DNA of 63,252 nt, taken from contig NC_068994.1 of the NCBI RefSeq assembly GCF_001194135.2, positions 18,533,990-18,597,241 on the forward strand. The letters are read 5' to 3'. This DNA is from Octopus bimaculoides (taxonomy: Eukaryota). The position numbers and the translations under genes are program-made. The notes under the pieces are model-generated. The model was not told the origin of the DNA, did no database searches, and was given only the letters and a program-made list of their open reading frames with translations. Below, in pieces: positions 22,671 through 36,334 of this stretch (position 1 is the first letter of the stretch; each line of letters starts with the position of its first letter).

Positions 22671-25600
22671 TAATTATATAAAAGTAAATGTAATAAACAT
22701 AAAAAGAAATTTAAATAAACTTTTAAGTGTTTAATTTAAATGTAGAAAACAGGGTTTTTAGTAAAGCAATGCTAAAACAAATATGAACTTAGTATACTAA
22801 TGACTGTTAATATTAATGAATCATTAGCATGCCAGCCAAAATGCTTAGCAGCATTTCGTCCACCTTTATGTTCTGGGTTCAAATTCTACTGAGGTCAACT
22901 GTGCCTTTCATCCTTTCTGGGTCAATATAATAAGTACCAGTTGTGCACTGTGATCAATGTAATTGATTTACCCCCTCCCCTGAAATTGCTGGCCTTGTGC
23001 CAAAATTTGAAACTGATATTAACTTCATAACAAAACAGCATTACACAACTCAATTGTTAAAGAAAAAGACTTGAATTAAAGGTTCTTGTGAACGAACAGT
23101 TAATTGAATTGTATTATGAAGAGAACAAAATTCATAATCCATCTTTGCAACCGTATATTGTCTTTGACGAAGATAATTAATTCAATAATTCAATCCATTT
23201 ATAAATAGACAGAATCTGGGAATACACTTCATCATCTTAAGTGGCTGAGATACTATATAAATTAATGAGTTTCATTAGCTGGTGCTGTAATAAACTGAAA
23301 TTCTACTCTGAATTGTAAAAAGGAGTGAGAATCATTTGCTACATCACTATACAAACTACAACCAAATATACCAAAAAGACATGCTGTCTTGCAGAAGAAA
23401 ACATGTCTAAGTTGTCACAGCACTGCAAACCATTTTTAGGTAAGAAAATTAGTCCAAGATAAGAAAAAAAAAGAATTGCAGTCTGAAGCTTGTTTGATAT
23501 CAGCAGCTTCAGGTAACACTTGACATCTAAATCAGATGTTTTTTTTTTTACATGATGAAAAAAACAGGTGACTAACAAATGTAAAACATTTGACTAAAGT
23601 GATGTCAGGAGAATGAAAAAATATAAAATGCTATCAATGGATATTTGTAAATGATACTCTCACAAAAATTGGCTAAACTATTTCTTATTCTAAATACTGA
23701 CCAAATGTCAACTCTTGCATTTGTTCTTTTACTACTTTGAATCAATGCATTACTTTTTTGAAATATCTAGTTCATTTAGGCTTTCATTTGCTTAAAGAAC
23801 AGAAACATTGATTATTCTTAAATTGAATTACATTTTATTTTCATTTCAATTCTGTATTTTAGAACAGAACTCTTGAGAAAATAACCAAGCAATAGAGTAC
23901 ATCATAATAAGATCATTATTTAAATATACTAAAAAGAGAGAAAGAAAGAAAGAAAGAGGTGTAAGAACTATAATGTCTGTAGTTAATGTTCTGAGAGTAG
24001 GAAGAAACTACGCACTATCTGATAGTACAATTTTGGGTTTTATTTATAGAGTAAGATGTAAGTGGATCAAAAATAGACTGTTTCCAACAGTTTGGTATCT
24101 TATTCAGTAAACACATCTAAGTATCAACAAGAGCTAACTCTAAATGAATGTCTTATCTTAATTTGTCTGCACTTAAAGCATTTCAGCTCAAATTGAAAAT
24201 CCATTATATTTCACTCATTTCATTTCTTTCCAGATGTTACAAAACTTCAGTGTCATATGCTAGAAAATTTCAGATAAACGCTACAGAAAATGTAATTTTT
24301 ACATGAGCAAAATCTTGCAGTAAACTAGATTTGATATGAAATTCCATAAACTTTTCTTTAGAATAGGTTAACTAAGTAACTTAAGCTAAAACTGATTGAA
24401 ATGTATGAATGCTTTCAGTGAATTTGGAAGATATAGACAGCAGACATGACTTACTAGTAATCAATGAAAGATGGCTTTTATTACAAAAGAGAAATCACCT
24501 CATTTATTTCGAGTGATAAAAATGCTCACTGAAATTGCACTCAACAAGAATAACGATTTATCTTTTACTTTTTATTTGTTCCAGTCGATGGACTGTGGCC
24601 ATACTGGAGCACAGCCTTGAAGGGTTTAGTCGAACAAATTATCCTCAGTACTTGTGTTTTTAAAATCTGGTACTTCTTCTATCAGTCTCTTTGATCAAGC
24701 TGCTAAGTTATGGGGGAGTAAACAACACTGTTATCAAGTGATGATAGAGGGATAAACACAAATACACACACAAGTACGAACACATACACACGTATATATG
24801 ATGATCTTTTGTACAGTTTCTGTCTACTAAATTCACTCACAAAACTTTGGTCAGCCTGGGGCTATAGTATAAGGCACCTCTTCAAAGTGCTGCACAGTGG
24901 GACGGAACCATCTGATTGCAGAACAAGCTTCTTAACCACACAACCATACCTGCACCTATAATGAACAAGACTATATGACTGAACTGTATTCTATTTTAAC
25001 AATTCTTTACAAGCTTTGCAATGAAATTCTACCACTTTCATTAAACCAAGTCTGTCATTTTAATCTTCTGTAATTTCTATACACCAACATATCATACTTT
25101 GTATCTCAAATTGTTGTTGCTTAATTCCAAGTCAGCTTTGATCAAGCAGACCTAGATCGAAAGTGTTCCAGTCATGATTATCTTGTCTTTTTGTATATCT
25201 AGGGCTAAACTGTCCAATGAGTTCTTTCGTATTGTAAGATGGATGGCGGGATCTGAGGGAAATTTGGCTACTTTTTTCTGAATGATCAAGAGACTATGTT
25301 GAGGCTCCCACACTGAACTGAAATAGCTACTAATGGCGCCAACAATTAATTATTAATGGATAATGTCAATGATCCGATTAATTAAACCAGTAATAGCATC
25401 TATCCCCAGTATGATGTTATTCAGTATCTCAAAAAGCATCCCAAGTGAACATAGCACATTTTGCCTGTAATAACTCTTTAAAAACCATGTTCACTATCAA
25501 TTTACTAGTATATATATATGTTGATGTGGCAAGGGAAATACTTTCTTTCATCCATTTGATATCTTTTTCAAACTAACTTTACTGCCACATGGGAGAGATG

Positions 25601-25859
25601 CAAAGTAAGAGAGAAAATTAGTTGAGGCAAGCAGAGTAATCTACTTTGCACAGAGAAGCACAATAAAAGGGATTTTGTGGAAAACATTTAAACTTAGACA
25701 TGAATATAATCCAGTATGTGGATGTGGTTCACATGCTTAGAGATTAAAGCTCATACAACTGTTTCATTGTATTTGGGCAGTATACTCCTTGTAGATGATG
25801 AGAATAAGTCCCAGAAATCTTTGCTGTTGCTGTCAGAGTTTTCTACTCTTTTTTCAAAG

Positions 25860-26510
25860 TTTGTTTCAGTTGTTTTTTTAAATTAGGAGTACTGATTTAG
25901 TTTTGTATGCTAATTATGAAAATGAAATTAATTTTTGCCATAAGTGAATAAATAAAAAGTTAATAGCTTTTAAAGTTTGCAAATTTTGGATAATTTTAGT
26001 CAATCAAAAGCCACAGACACATTGGTGCCTGTTTCCACAGTAACAAGCAGAAGCTGCAGTCTGCTGTCCGAATCATCATCACTGCCATGTATATTCTTTT
26101 AGCCTATGTATTTTCTCTCATGAGTCAAACCCCTAATGCTAAGTATTTAAAAAAAATTTTTTAAACAAAAAACATTTTGTTGAAAATAATTTTTTTGAGG
26201 ACTTTTTTCCTTCTTAAATTATTTATATGCCTGTTCAACCATTTCACAGGATTTTATTCATTAAAACTTATCTAAATTTCTTACAACTTTCGTTTTCATT
26301 TTGTGATAGCTATCATGTAGAAAATGCCAGCTTCCATATCCTGTTTTGTGACTGGTAAAAACTATCAGACTTTAAGCTTCTGTAACATTTTTCTAAAGTT
26401 TTCTGGAATAAATAAGTCACTAAATCAGATTCAGCATGAAAAATTATATCAATATACCAAATTTGAAAATTTCCGCTTAATTTTAAAATTTCAAAACCTG
26501 TGAGAACAAT
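25860..26510. mobile_element. Probable old non-autonomous DNA transposon
   Basis: Subterminal motifs of the ...tcagattcagcatgaaaaattatatc...aatttgaaaatttccgc type; termini not resolved. Confidence 0.35.
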
Positions 26511-27806
26511 AGAAAAGATCCAGATATTCTGATTCTGGCAATTTTACCTTATGGCAGTCAACCTTACCTAAGGTAGATTGCCATTCATTTTAAGAGGTAT
26601 ACATCATCTGATTAATGCCAAGAAGCTGTTTCTATGCATCATCTATTAATGGCCCCCGGAGGTTTACAAAGCGTTCATATTACATTACCTTAAATTTCAT
26701 ATCTACACACAATAATGGTTTCAAATTTTGACACAAGGCCAGCAATTTCAGGAGTGGGGTAAGTCAATTACTTTGGCCCCAGTGTTCATCTGGTACTTAT
26801 TTTATCAATCCTGAAAGGATGAAAGGCAACGTTGACCTTGGCAGAATTTGAACTCGGAACACAGTAACAGACAAAATACTGCTAAGCATTTTGCCCAGCA
26901 TGCTAACAATTCTGCCAGCTCACTACTTTATATCTAGGTACAATAATAACATGATTATCTTACTACATGTAAGTAAAGAATGAAAAATATAATAAATCAC
27001 AATGTGTTATTTCATTGCCAGTCTCTCTTTTACTCTCTCTTTACTCTCTTACTTGTTTCAGTCATTTGACTGTGGCCATGCTGGAGCACTGCCTTTAGTC
27101 GAGTACTTATTCTATCACTTCTCTTTTGCCAAACTGCTAAGTTACGAGGATGTAAACACATCAGCATCGGTTGTNNNNNNNNNNTTCTGTCTACCAAATT
27201 CACTCACAAGGCTCTGGTCGGCCCGAGGCTATAGTAGAAGACACTTGCCCAAGGTGCCACACAGTGGGACTGAACCTGGAACCATGTGGTTGGTAAGCAA
27301 GCTACTTACCACACAGCCACTCTGACAAAAAGGAAAAACTATTTATGTAGATGTAGTCTCTAAGCCTTGTGCATGAAATTGTGTAAATGAAAATTATTTG
27401 GAAGTCTGTCGAATGGACACTATTCAATTTCTCTGCCCACTATTCCTGGGGGCGGGGGATAGAGTCGTCAGGCACCTCCTCCATAGGATCATATCAGAAG
27501 CAACTATCATTACACATTCCATCTGAATTACCAACTGCGACCAACTGAGAATATGGATCTCATTCTTGGTCTATTTCTAATTTTCCTGCTGGTTGGCTCA
27601 GCTTGAAGAATCCATCTTGCGATTCTTTCCAGTGACATTTTAATGACATGTCTGTAGCCATGGAACTGTAGCCTCTCAAAGCAGAGAAAAGCAGCTTGAC
27701 TTGGAGAAATTCCTGGATCTCTAAGCTATGCACCCTGTTAAGGTAATTCAAAAGTTTGGCCTTGTCCACACGCTGTCATACTGATTCTGCCTGAGAATCA
27801 CAGTAA

Positions 27807-28245
27807 CCCTTTAGCATTCAGATTCTTCTGTCAAATGGAATGTTTGTTTATTCACATTGATTCGAATTAGTCATGCATTAGCATGTAGCATTCAGATTTC
27901 AATGACATGATTGTTTATTTTTAGGGCCGGATTCAACCAGTTTGATGATGGAACAGATAGAATATTTTGCCTGAATATGGCTGGTTTAAATGCTAAAGGA
28001 GTGTTTCTCAACCATTTTTTGCCTGTGGACCCATTTGATTCCTATTTTACTCTGCTGGACCTTCCCTCATAGCCATTCAGTGTTTAAGAAAAGTAATTAT
28101 ATTTTTATAATTAAATATTATTAGGGATTGTATAATAAATGTTAAAATATTTTGTGTATTGTTGAAATAGATCCAATTTACTGCACATAAATTTTAACAA
28201 AAAAATCTTATATGGACCCTCGTTGAGAACCACTGTGCTAAAGGG
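27807..28245. mobile_element. MITE-D with nested hAT-type MITE (27999-28235)
   Basis: Inner TIRs (G)AGTGTTTCTCAAC / GTTGAGAACCACTG; 8-bp TSD TGCTAAAG at 27991-27998 and 28236-28243. Confidence 0.85.
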
Positions 28246-29238
28246 TTAAGCTACATGCAACTGTGGAATACTCAGCCACTTACATGCTAACTCAATGAGC
28301 AGCTGAAAATTCCTCGCTGAAACTGACAGAGGACCAATTACTTGCATCATATAGCAGTGAAATTCTGTTGTTCTTGCTTGAAATACCTCCACCTCTTCAC
28401 ATTACAATATTAAAGAAGCCAACATTTGTATGAAAAAAAAAAAAAAACACCCAACAAAACAACTACATATAATCATTCTAATTTCCTTTGATACTACTGA
28501 CTTGTATTTGATATTATCAAAACAGCTGTATGGAATTATTTCTTCTGCAGTTTTGTTTAAAAAAAAATAAGAAAGAAAAAAAATCTGACTAAATTCTTAT
28601 ATTTTAAAAGTTAATTTCTATGAAGAGGTTCTGTTGACTTATTAATCATTTCGAATTTATTTTTCTTCTTTTAAATTTAATTATTTATAATTTCTTTGAT
28701 TTTAGAGTTTGGTTTCGAGAAATACTAATCTTTTTAAACATGGATAATTTAATTAAGAAAAAACAAAAAAAAACAAAAACAAAAACAACATAGAATCTCA
28801 TTTCAGAATTATTGAAGTGATGTGTGTGTAGTGATGGTGTTTTAGTTGTTGTTGTTGTCAGTCTTATTTAGCTCTAGGTTGGTCCTGAATTCTTACGATC
28901 AAAGGCATTCCAACCAATACTATCACGTCTTTTGTAGGTGGAATTGGCAGCATTGTTAGAACATTGGGCAAAATGTTTTGTGGCATCTATTCTAGCTCAG
29001 TGTGTTTTGAGTTCAAATCTTGTTGAGGTTAACTCTACCATTCAACCCCCAGAGGGATGGGGGCGGAGGGTGGGGGTGGCAATAAATATCAGTTAAAGGT
29101 GTCAAGAGAGGATGCCATGCAGTATTTGTTCCAGTTTTGTTTGCTGAGTTCAAACCCTGCTGTGGGCTATTTCAGCAGAAGACTTACTACATTGCACTAT
29201 TTAATCCTGCTGCATGGTCAATGAATGGGTGCCCTTAA

Positions 29239-29460
29239 CCCTTTCGTTATCAACCCAGCTGAAACCGCCTCTGGCCCTGTAGTACAAATGTTTTGTTTTC
29301 GTACGTTTTGAATTAAAATCTTCCACCAAACCTTAGTCACAATTTGTGTTCCTAACACTAGCTTAATGATAACTAAGTTATTTTACTAAATTCTTAGTTA
29401 TATTTAAAATTAATTGAAAGAAACACAGAACATCTCAACAGAAATATGGTAACAAAAGGG
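29239..29460. mobile_element. piggyBac-like MITE-E, intact
   Basis: TTAA|CCCTTTCGTTATC ... GGTAACAAAAGGG|TTAA; 222 bp. Confidence 0.9.
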
Positions 29461-29907
29461 TTAACAGAGTCCACTCTGTTGTAAAATCTTTGGTTTGAAG
29501 ATACTTGCCTCCCTTCCACTTCCCGCTCCATGGCACATTTTGCAGACTGAAGAAAAGACTTGGGTCTTTTTTCCATTTCACCTTCTGATAAAATTAGGAT
29601 AAAGATGGTTTATGTAGGACTAAATTATTTAATGTTTCCCCTGCCACTTGATTTGAGGAAGATTTAACAACTATTTCTAGCAAGTCAAGCAACCAAATAG
29701 AAGCTTCCTCATTGGCTAGTTTTATTGCTTCAGTTTATAATCATACCAGGGCAGAAATGAGTTTTTAAGGAAGCTTCTGGGCAAGATATATTACATACTT
29801 ATTGTATATGGGGATGTAAATACACCAACACTGGTTGTCAAGCAATGGTGGGGGACAAACATAGACACAAATACACACACACACATATATATATAGGAAT
29901 AAAGAGA

Positions 29908-30269
29908 TGACACCAGAGGAAAATGAAGTTTATGTTTTGAATTTCATTAGCTTAAAGCTGTTCCTGCTATAAAATGTGGTGGACTCTTAGTTTAGCCTCT
30001 GGGTAACATCCTATTGCTTCATCAGAGCCTTGAACATGAAGTGCACTTGGACAGATCTTTCCATAGGCATCAACATTAACGTTCTCACTCTTAAAGTCTG
30101 TATGTTGTGAAAATGTAATTTTCCCAAATAAAGTAGACTTCATATTCAAGGCTCTGATGAAGCTACAGGAGGTTATCAGGACTCAACTAAGAGTCCACCA
30201 CATCTTATAGCAGAAAAATCTGTGAGCTAATTAAGTTCATAACATAACCCTTGTATTCTTCTGCTGTCA
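29908..30269. repeat. Long inverted repeat (~134-bp arms, ~95-bp spacer), MITE-like
   Basis: Arms 29908-30042 and 30137-30269 align as reverse complements (e.g. atgtggtggactcttagtt / aactaagagtccaccacat). Confidence 0.9.
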
Positions 30270-30358
30270 GCTATTACCATTCTATACTCATCTAACACTG
30301 TGACTATATGTATATTGAGTTCTACACCTGATTATTAATCTTGCTATGCCTAAGCGAA

Positions 30359-30575
30359 CTCCAGTCTAATTTGGCAGTGTTTCTACAGCTGGATGCCCTT
30401 CCTAACGCCTACACTCTCTGAGTGGTTGGCGTTAGGAAGGGCATCCAGCTGTAGAAACTCTGCCAAATTAGACTGGAGCTTGGTGTTGCCATCCGGTTTC
30501 ACCAGTCCTCAGTCAAATCGTCCAACCTATGCTAGCATGGAAAGCGGACGTTAAACAATGATGATGATGATGATG
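30359..30575 (+). mobile_element. Repeat-C copy with fold-back inverted duplication at its 5' end
   Basis: 51-bp stem (30359-30409 / 30428-30478, 1 mismatch), 18-nt loop; continues into the normal repeat-C 3' end. Confidence 0.95.
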
Positions 30576-32019
30576 ATATATATATATATATGATGGGCTT
30601 CTTTCAGTTACCATCTACCAAATCCACTCACAAGGCTTTGGGCGGCCTGAGGCTATAGTAGAAGGTACTTGTCCAAGGTGCCATGCAGTGGGACTGAACC
30701 CAGAATCACGTGGTTGGAAAGCAATGTTCTAACCACACAGCCACACCTGCACCAATGTATATATGCAAAAGATGTGCTGTAAGATTAACAAGCAGTTCAT
30801 TAACTTGCACTATTGAGTTAAATTCCTTCTATGACAGACTTGTGTTCTATCTGGGATTAGTTGGCGAGAAGGGGATATTTCCCTCTTGTCCACTTAACAC
30901 TATAGAAACTATAGAAAAAAAAACAAAACAAACCGGCATTGAACAGAGCAATGCTTTATCCAGACAACGATACATATGTGTATTGCTATGACACAGATAT
31001 AACCTCAGTGATTTAAGTGCAAGAATACCAATGTCAGCAGTTTTATGGACATAATTCCAATAAATAGATTATACTGTTAGATCTACCAACAATTTGGTTG
31101 ATGGACAGCCAAAGAGTTAAAAGGCCTGCAGCATAATACATAAGCCAATATTAAGAGATTTATTCAAATTATCTGAGAAATTTAGAGAAAATTTTTTTGT
31201 TTTACTTCTTTTTTTTTTTGTTATCAACTATGAAAGCTTTTGGCTTATATCTCAACGTTTGTTTCTTCCTTGTTCTCTTTACATCACACACACACACACA
31301 CACACACTCTCCCTTCTCTCTTTCACCNNNNNNNNNNNNNNNNNNNNNNNNNNNNNNNNNNNNNNNNNNNNNNNNNNNNNNNNNNNNNNNNNNNNNNNNN
31401 NNNNNNNNNNNNNNNNNNNNNNNNNNNNNNNNNNNNNNNNNNNNNNNNNNNNNNNNNNNNNNNNNNNNNNNNNNNNNNNNNNNNNNNNNNNNNNNNNNNN
31501 NNNNNNNNNNNNNNNNNNNNNNNNNNNNNNNNNNNNNNNNNNNNNNNNNNNNNNNNNNNNNNNNNNNNNNNNNNNNAAAAAGCGTTTTCTTTTTTGTTTT
31601 TCCTATAAAATTTAGGCAAACAATAAGCGAAACGGTCGAATGGTTTAACTACTTAGAAAAGTTGGCATACAATAACAGTGTTCACGTGAATCTATTCTTA
31701 CCACATAGACTTACATTGAGGTTTTGCAATGAACCTTTCCATAGGGTGTTAAATTTATCAATGTACTGGCTTTCAAAGAATTTATTGTGGTTTCGAGATG
31801 CGCTTGTTTAATTGAATACATTAGAATGTTTCAAGTAGTGTTTAACATTAGAACACAAACAATGCAGTCATCTCCGATTGAAGAAGCTGTACATAGGTTG
31901 TTTAGTGGTGTAGAACTAACATATAGGAACAACTGGAAAGGTGGGAGGAAATTTCAACTTTTTTGTTTTGTTTTTGGTTTTGTTTTCTAGAAGTTTACAG
32001 ACAGACAAGCATTTTCATA

Positions 32020-32284
32020 CAGACAGGTACACATGTACACACACACAGGCTTAGATACACATATACAAACACACACAGACTTAGATATACAGATACACAT
32101 GTAGATATTCATGCAAACAGGCAGAGTTATACAGATATAGAGACAGGCAGACACTTAAATATAGACAGGTACACACACACACATACACATGCACAAACAG
32201 ACAGACAAGTTCTTACATATACAAATACACACACACACATGCATGCAAGCACAAGCAGATAGATAGTTACACACATATAGACAG

Positions 32285-32317
<33 letters not shown>

Positions 32318-32360
32318 CATGCAAGCACAAGCAGATAGATAGTTACACACATATAGGCAG

Positions 32361-32398
<38 letters not shown>

Positions 32399-32810
32399 GC
32401 TCTTACAAACACAGGCAGATAGTTATACATAGAAACAAGCACATACTCACATATAGACAGGTACACATACACACACAGCACTTTATATATATATAGACAC
32501 ACATGAAGGTATGTATGCAAACACAGGTACACAGATAGTTGTACACATAGCCACACATACAGACACATACATGTACACACAAACAGATAGCCAGACAGGC
32601 AGACAAGCACATAGATAACCAGACAGAAACGCTTATATAAGATACACATGCACTTTACAAACATACAAAGACAATCAGACACTTATGACAGACACACACA
32701 CATAGATACATGCACATAAACACATACAATTATTTGGGCATGCATGTGCACACACACATACATACTACACTCAGAGACATTGACAAACACATGCACACAG
32801 ACCATACAAA
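32020..32810. repeat. Compound (CA)/(AGAC)/(AGAT) tract with higher-order duplication
   Basis: Unit acatgcatgcaagcacaagcagatagatagttacacacatatag.caggtacac occurs twice in tandem (~32237-32290 and ~32313-32366). Confidence 0.9.
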
Positions 32811-35800
32811 TGAAGTCATCTAATAATGGCTTCTAGCATCATGTTAATGAATTCATTCATTTCCGTTATTTTGTCACAACAGACTATAAAGGTACATAAG
32901 TGGACGTAACAAGAGAATGTCTTCTCTACCTTACACTCTTATAAATGCTAAGATAGAACAGGATTAGCAATAAAGAATACAGAACTAACTTTACATTTGA
33001 AAATTAATTCCACTTGGGAGAGAGAAAAGAGAGAGAACAAGAGAATAAAAAAATGAAAAATATCACTGATCCATTACAATATTTTTATTGCCTTCCAATG
33101 ACATTTCACACATCAATTTCAGTAATATTTGCAAAGTGAAAATTCAGGAACAAAATGAAATTGTCTTAGCTGCTGCTACTTCTTCTTCTGCTGCTCCAGA
33201 GTTAACAACAAGTACTCTTATGGCGATGATAATATTGAAATACAGGACAGCTTTATAAACACTTCGAGATTGGAAATATATTTTGAAAGTGGCTGGTACA
33301 AAGATGAGAAATGCCTACTTTTGAATAGATATTTCAAGGAAAGCTATTGAGAAAGATAAATCGATAACTAAAAGATAAGATAAATCAAATCTGTAATCTG
33401 AAAGCTGTGCTAACATGACCAGAAGCATTGTGGTTATTATTGTTTAGCTTCAGGTCAACCCTGATTGAGCAGAACCTAGCTATAATCAAAGCAACTCCAG
33501 TGTAGCCATTTTATCTTTCTCTATAGTCATGAGTACATCAGTCTATGTATACTTCCTTTTACTAAGACAGTAGTGAGAGAGACAGATTTGACTGGCATTT
33601 CTAGCAAGTTGAGTGAGTACTTAGCAATTTTATCATTGGAATAGTGTATGTTAAAGTAAAATTGTTTATTTTTGTCAAAAACCACCAGATTTAATCTATC
33701 AACTGGTTTTCCTTTAGCATTTAAATTGGTCATATCTGACTCAAATATTCTGTTTTATGTTAAAAGCAGCCAAATCCAGCTTTTCATACCAACTCCACAA
33801 TGTCATCCTAAAAGTAAGCAGTTTCCATCACCAAATCTACTAAGAAGGTTTTGGTCAGCCTGAGACTATAATAGAAGACACTTGCCCAAGGTGCCACACA
33901 GTGGGACTGAACCTGGAACCATGTGATTATGAAGCAAACTTCTTAACCACACAGCCACACTTGTGCCTGTTTATTGAAACTTTTGACCCAACCAAACAGT
34001 GAAGCAATCTAATTTGAGAATATTATGTTTTAAAGCTTTCTAAATCCATAGAAACAAGCAACACCCAGAATGGTTATTGCATATAACTTGGTTTTGATTG
34101 TAAAACATGTTGTCAATGAATTACTTGACGGATGTTTAAAAAATATGTGAAGGAAAAAAGAAAAAAAGGTCTGTTTTAGATTTAACAATTTTCAAGTGAT
34201 TGTGTTGTAAATGAGAAAAAGTGTGCACTGCTGGTTTCTAAAGGTTTAAAAAAAATACCAAAATCAATATTTTTCAAGTTCTTTTCAAAGTTTAATTTTA
34301 TTTTCTCATCAGTTAGTGTGATAATAAATTTAATAATCCAGTATCACTGTCATTGATACCTCAATACTTTGTTAACATTTCTTTAGCAAAACATTGTTAT
34401 AGCAAGTGACAGAAATTGAGCCAATGAGGTGGTAGGGAGCCCTCTACAACCTGCTAGAAATAGCAGTAAAATGTTCTCAAATCATTCATACCATACCATC
34501 ATACAGAAGAGGTATTTGGCAATGAAATCCAATTTTCACAAGAAGACAGATTGGTTATGTGTGCTTGATCAGGACTTGCTTATGTCAAAGGAACAACACC
34601 ATGAACAACAACATTTGGCCAAACTGAGAGAAAATCAATTAAAAAGGCTTGCGATATTTGGTTGCATCCCTTTACATTCTGAGTTCAAAATCTACCATGG
34701 TTGATTTTAGTTTTCATCCTACTGGGGTCAATAAAATAATACCAGTCAAGTACAGGAGTTGATTTAACTGATAGATCACCTTCTAAAAGTAGATATGCAA
34801 CTATGCTAGAAATCATTATTATTAATTAAAAGACTGAGCTGGTATTCAGGCAAACACATACCAGCCCCTCATGTTTTGTAATATGCAGCTTATTGTATAT
34901 TGTTATGACTAGGCCTTGGCAGAAATAATAAAGAGAAAATCATAATTATTGTTGTTGAAAGATTAGCAGAATTGTGAGACCGTTGGACAAAATGCATTAC
35001 AGTATTTGTTCTGGCTCTTAACATTTCTGAGATCAAATCCTGTAAAGCTAACTTTGCCCTTTATCCTTCTGAAGTTAATACTATAAAATACCAGTTAAGT
35101 ACTGGAGTAAGTATAATTGATTACATTCTCACCCAAATTTGAGGAATTATGCTTGTATTAGAAATCGGCAATGATGTTATCATCATTACTGTTACATTAC
35201 AAGAGACTGATCTTTATATTCCCTTGTACAACACCCCAATCAATATTTTTCAAAGTCTAATTTCATGTTCTCATTAGCTAGTGTAGTCATAAATTTGCTA
35301 ACATTGGTATCACTGCCATTGATATCTTCAATGCTTTGGTATCATCTTGTTAGCAAAACATTGTTATATTATGTAACAGAAATTGAGCCAATTGCTGATT
35401 ATTCTTCAAACCTTTCTTTAACTGAAGATAGAACTTGTGGGGTAGGTGGCACATTTCTTTTATTTTTCTTGCGCATTATGAATGTCACAAATGAGAGGTG
35501 TCACCCATATCAACTTACCATAATCAAGCTAATCCAATCCAACGAGGGAACCTATGTGGCTGCTTGACTAACTAGACACAACAGCCAAACCACTTTCAAA
35601 TCACACTTCCATTGTTTTGAAAAAGGAAAGGACACATTAAAGAACTAGTTTTAGATACCCTTAAAAAGACAGGATAGCCATAACTGAACTGCTTGTATCC
35701 ACAGATCTATTTGGTGAGACTTGACCTGCAGGCTAAAACAACAACCATAATCAGTCGTAATTCCTTCTATTATATCAGTTGTGATGCTCCTGCCCATTTG

Positions 35801-36334
35801 CCCCAGGATTTTTAATCACTTGTAATCCCTCACTCACTAGAATTATTAAAGCTTTGATTTTCCTCTACTGGATCTAAGAGGTTGTAAATTTATTAGATTC
35901 AATTAATGCCTCTGTGATAAAGTAAACAATGTGATGGAAAATAACAAATGTTGGAAATGAGGAGCATCAAGTGTTATTTGCAAAAGTACAGTTTTAAGTG
36001 GTGCATACGATAGAGCAAAATTACAATTGGGTTAAATAATTTCACATGACGATAGCAAATTATTACAGTAGGAGGGATGTCATTTTAGGCTCACTTCATA
36101 TTTTTTTTCCATTTTTAAAGCTAGCATAGACAGGATGGGTCTGAAAATTTATCCATGAAAAAGATATTCAACAGTATCAATACATTTGTCATTGATTAGT
36201 TCCTGGTTGGCCTTATCAAGCAGACTTATGATTAAAAGAATTCTGGCCATGACCATCATATATTTCTATAGGTATCATATAGTTAATGGCATAAGAGATT
36301 TTGTGCACTCACTATGAGTCAATCTGCTTTCACC

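Noticed and set aside
23395-23439. Short plus-strand AG...GT candidates (also ~24234-24291, 56036-56077 and 59693-59757)
   Set aside because: Isolated 40-65-nt open segments with no family match; cannot be chained with support.
27560-27769. 69-aa minus-strand ORF (DKAKLLNYLNRVHSLEIQEF...)
   Set aside because: No acceptor-linked partner or clear homology; may be a decayed LINE end.
33150-33350. Open frames on both strands (VNNKYSYGDDNIEIQ... / AFLIFVPATFKIYFQ...)
   Set aside because: Cannot choose a strand, the donors are weak, and part is a GCT/TCT simple repeat.
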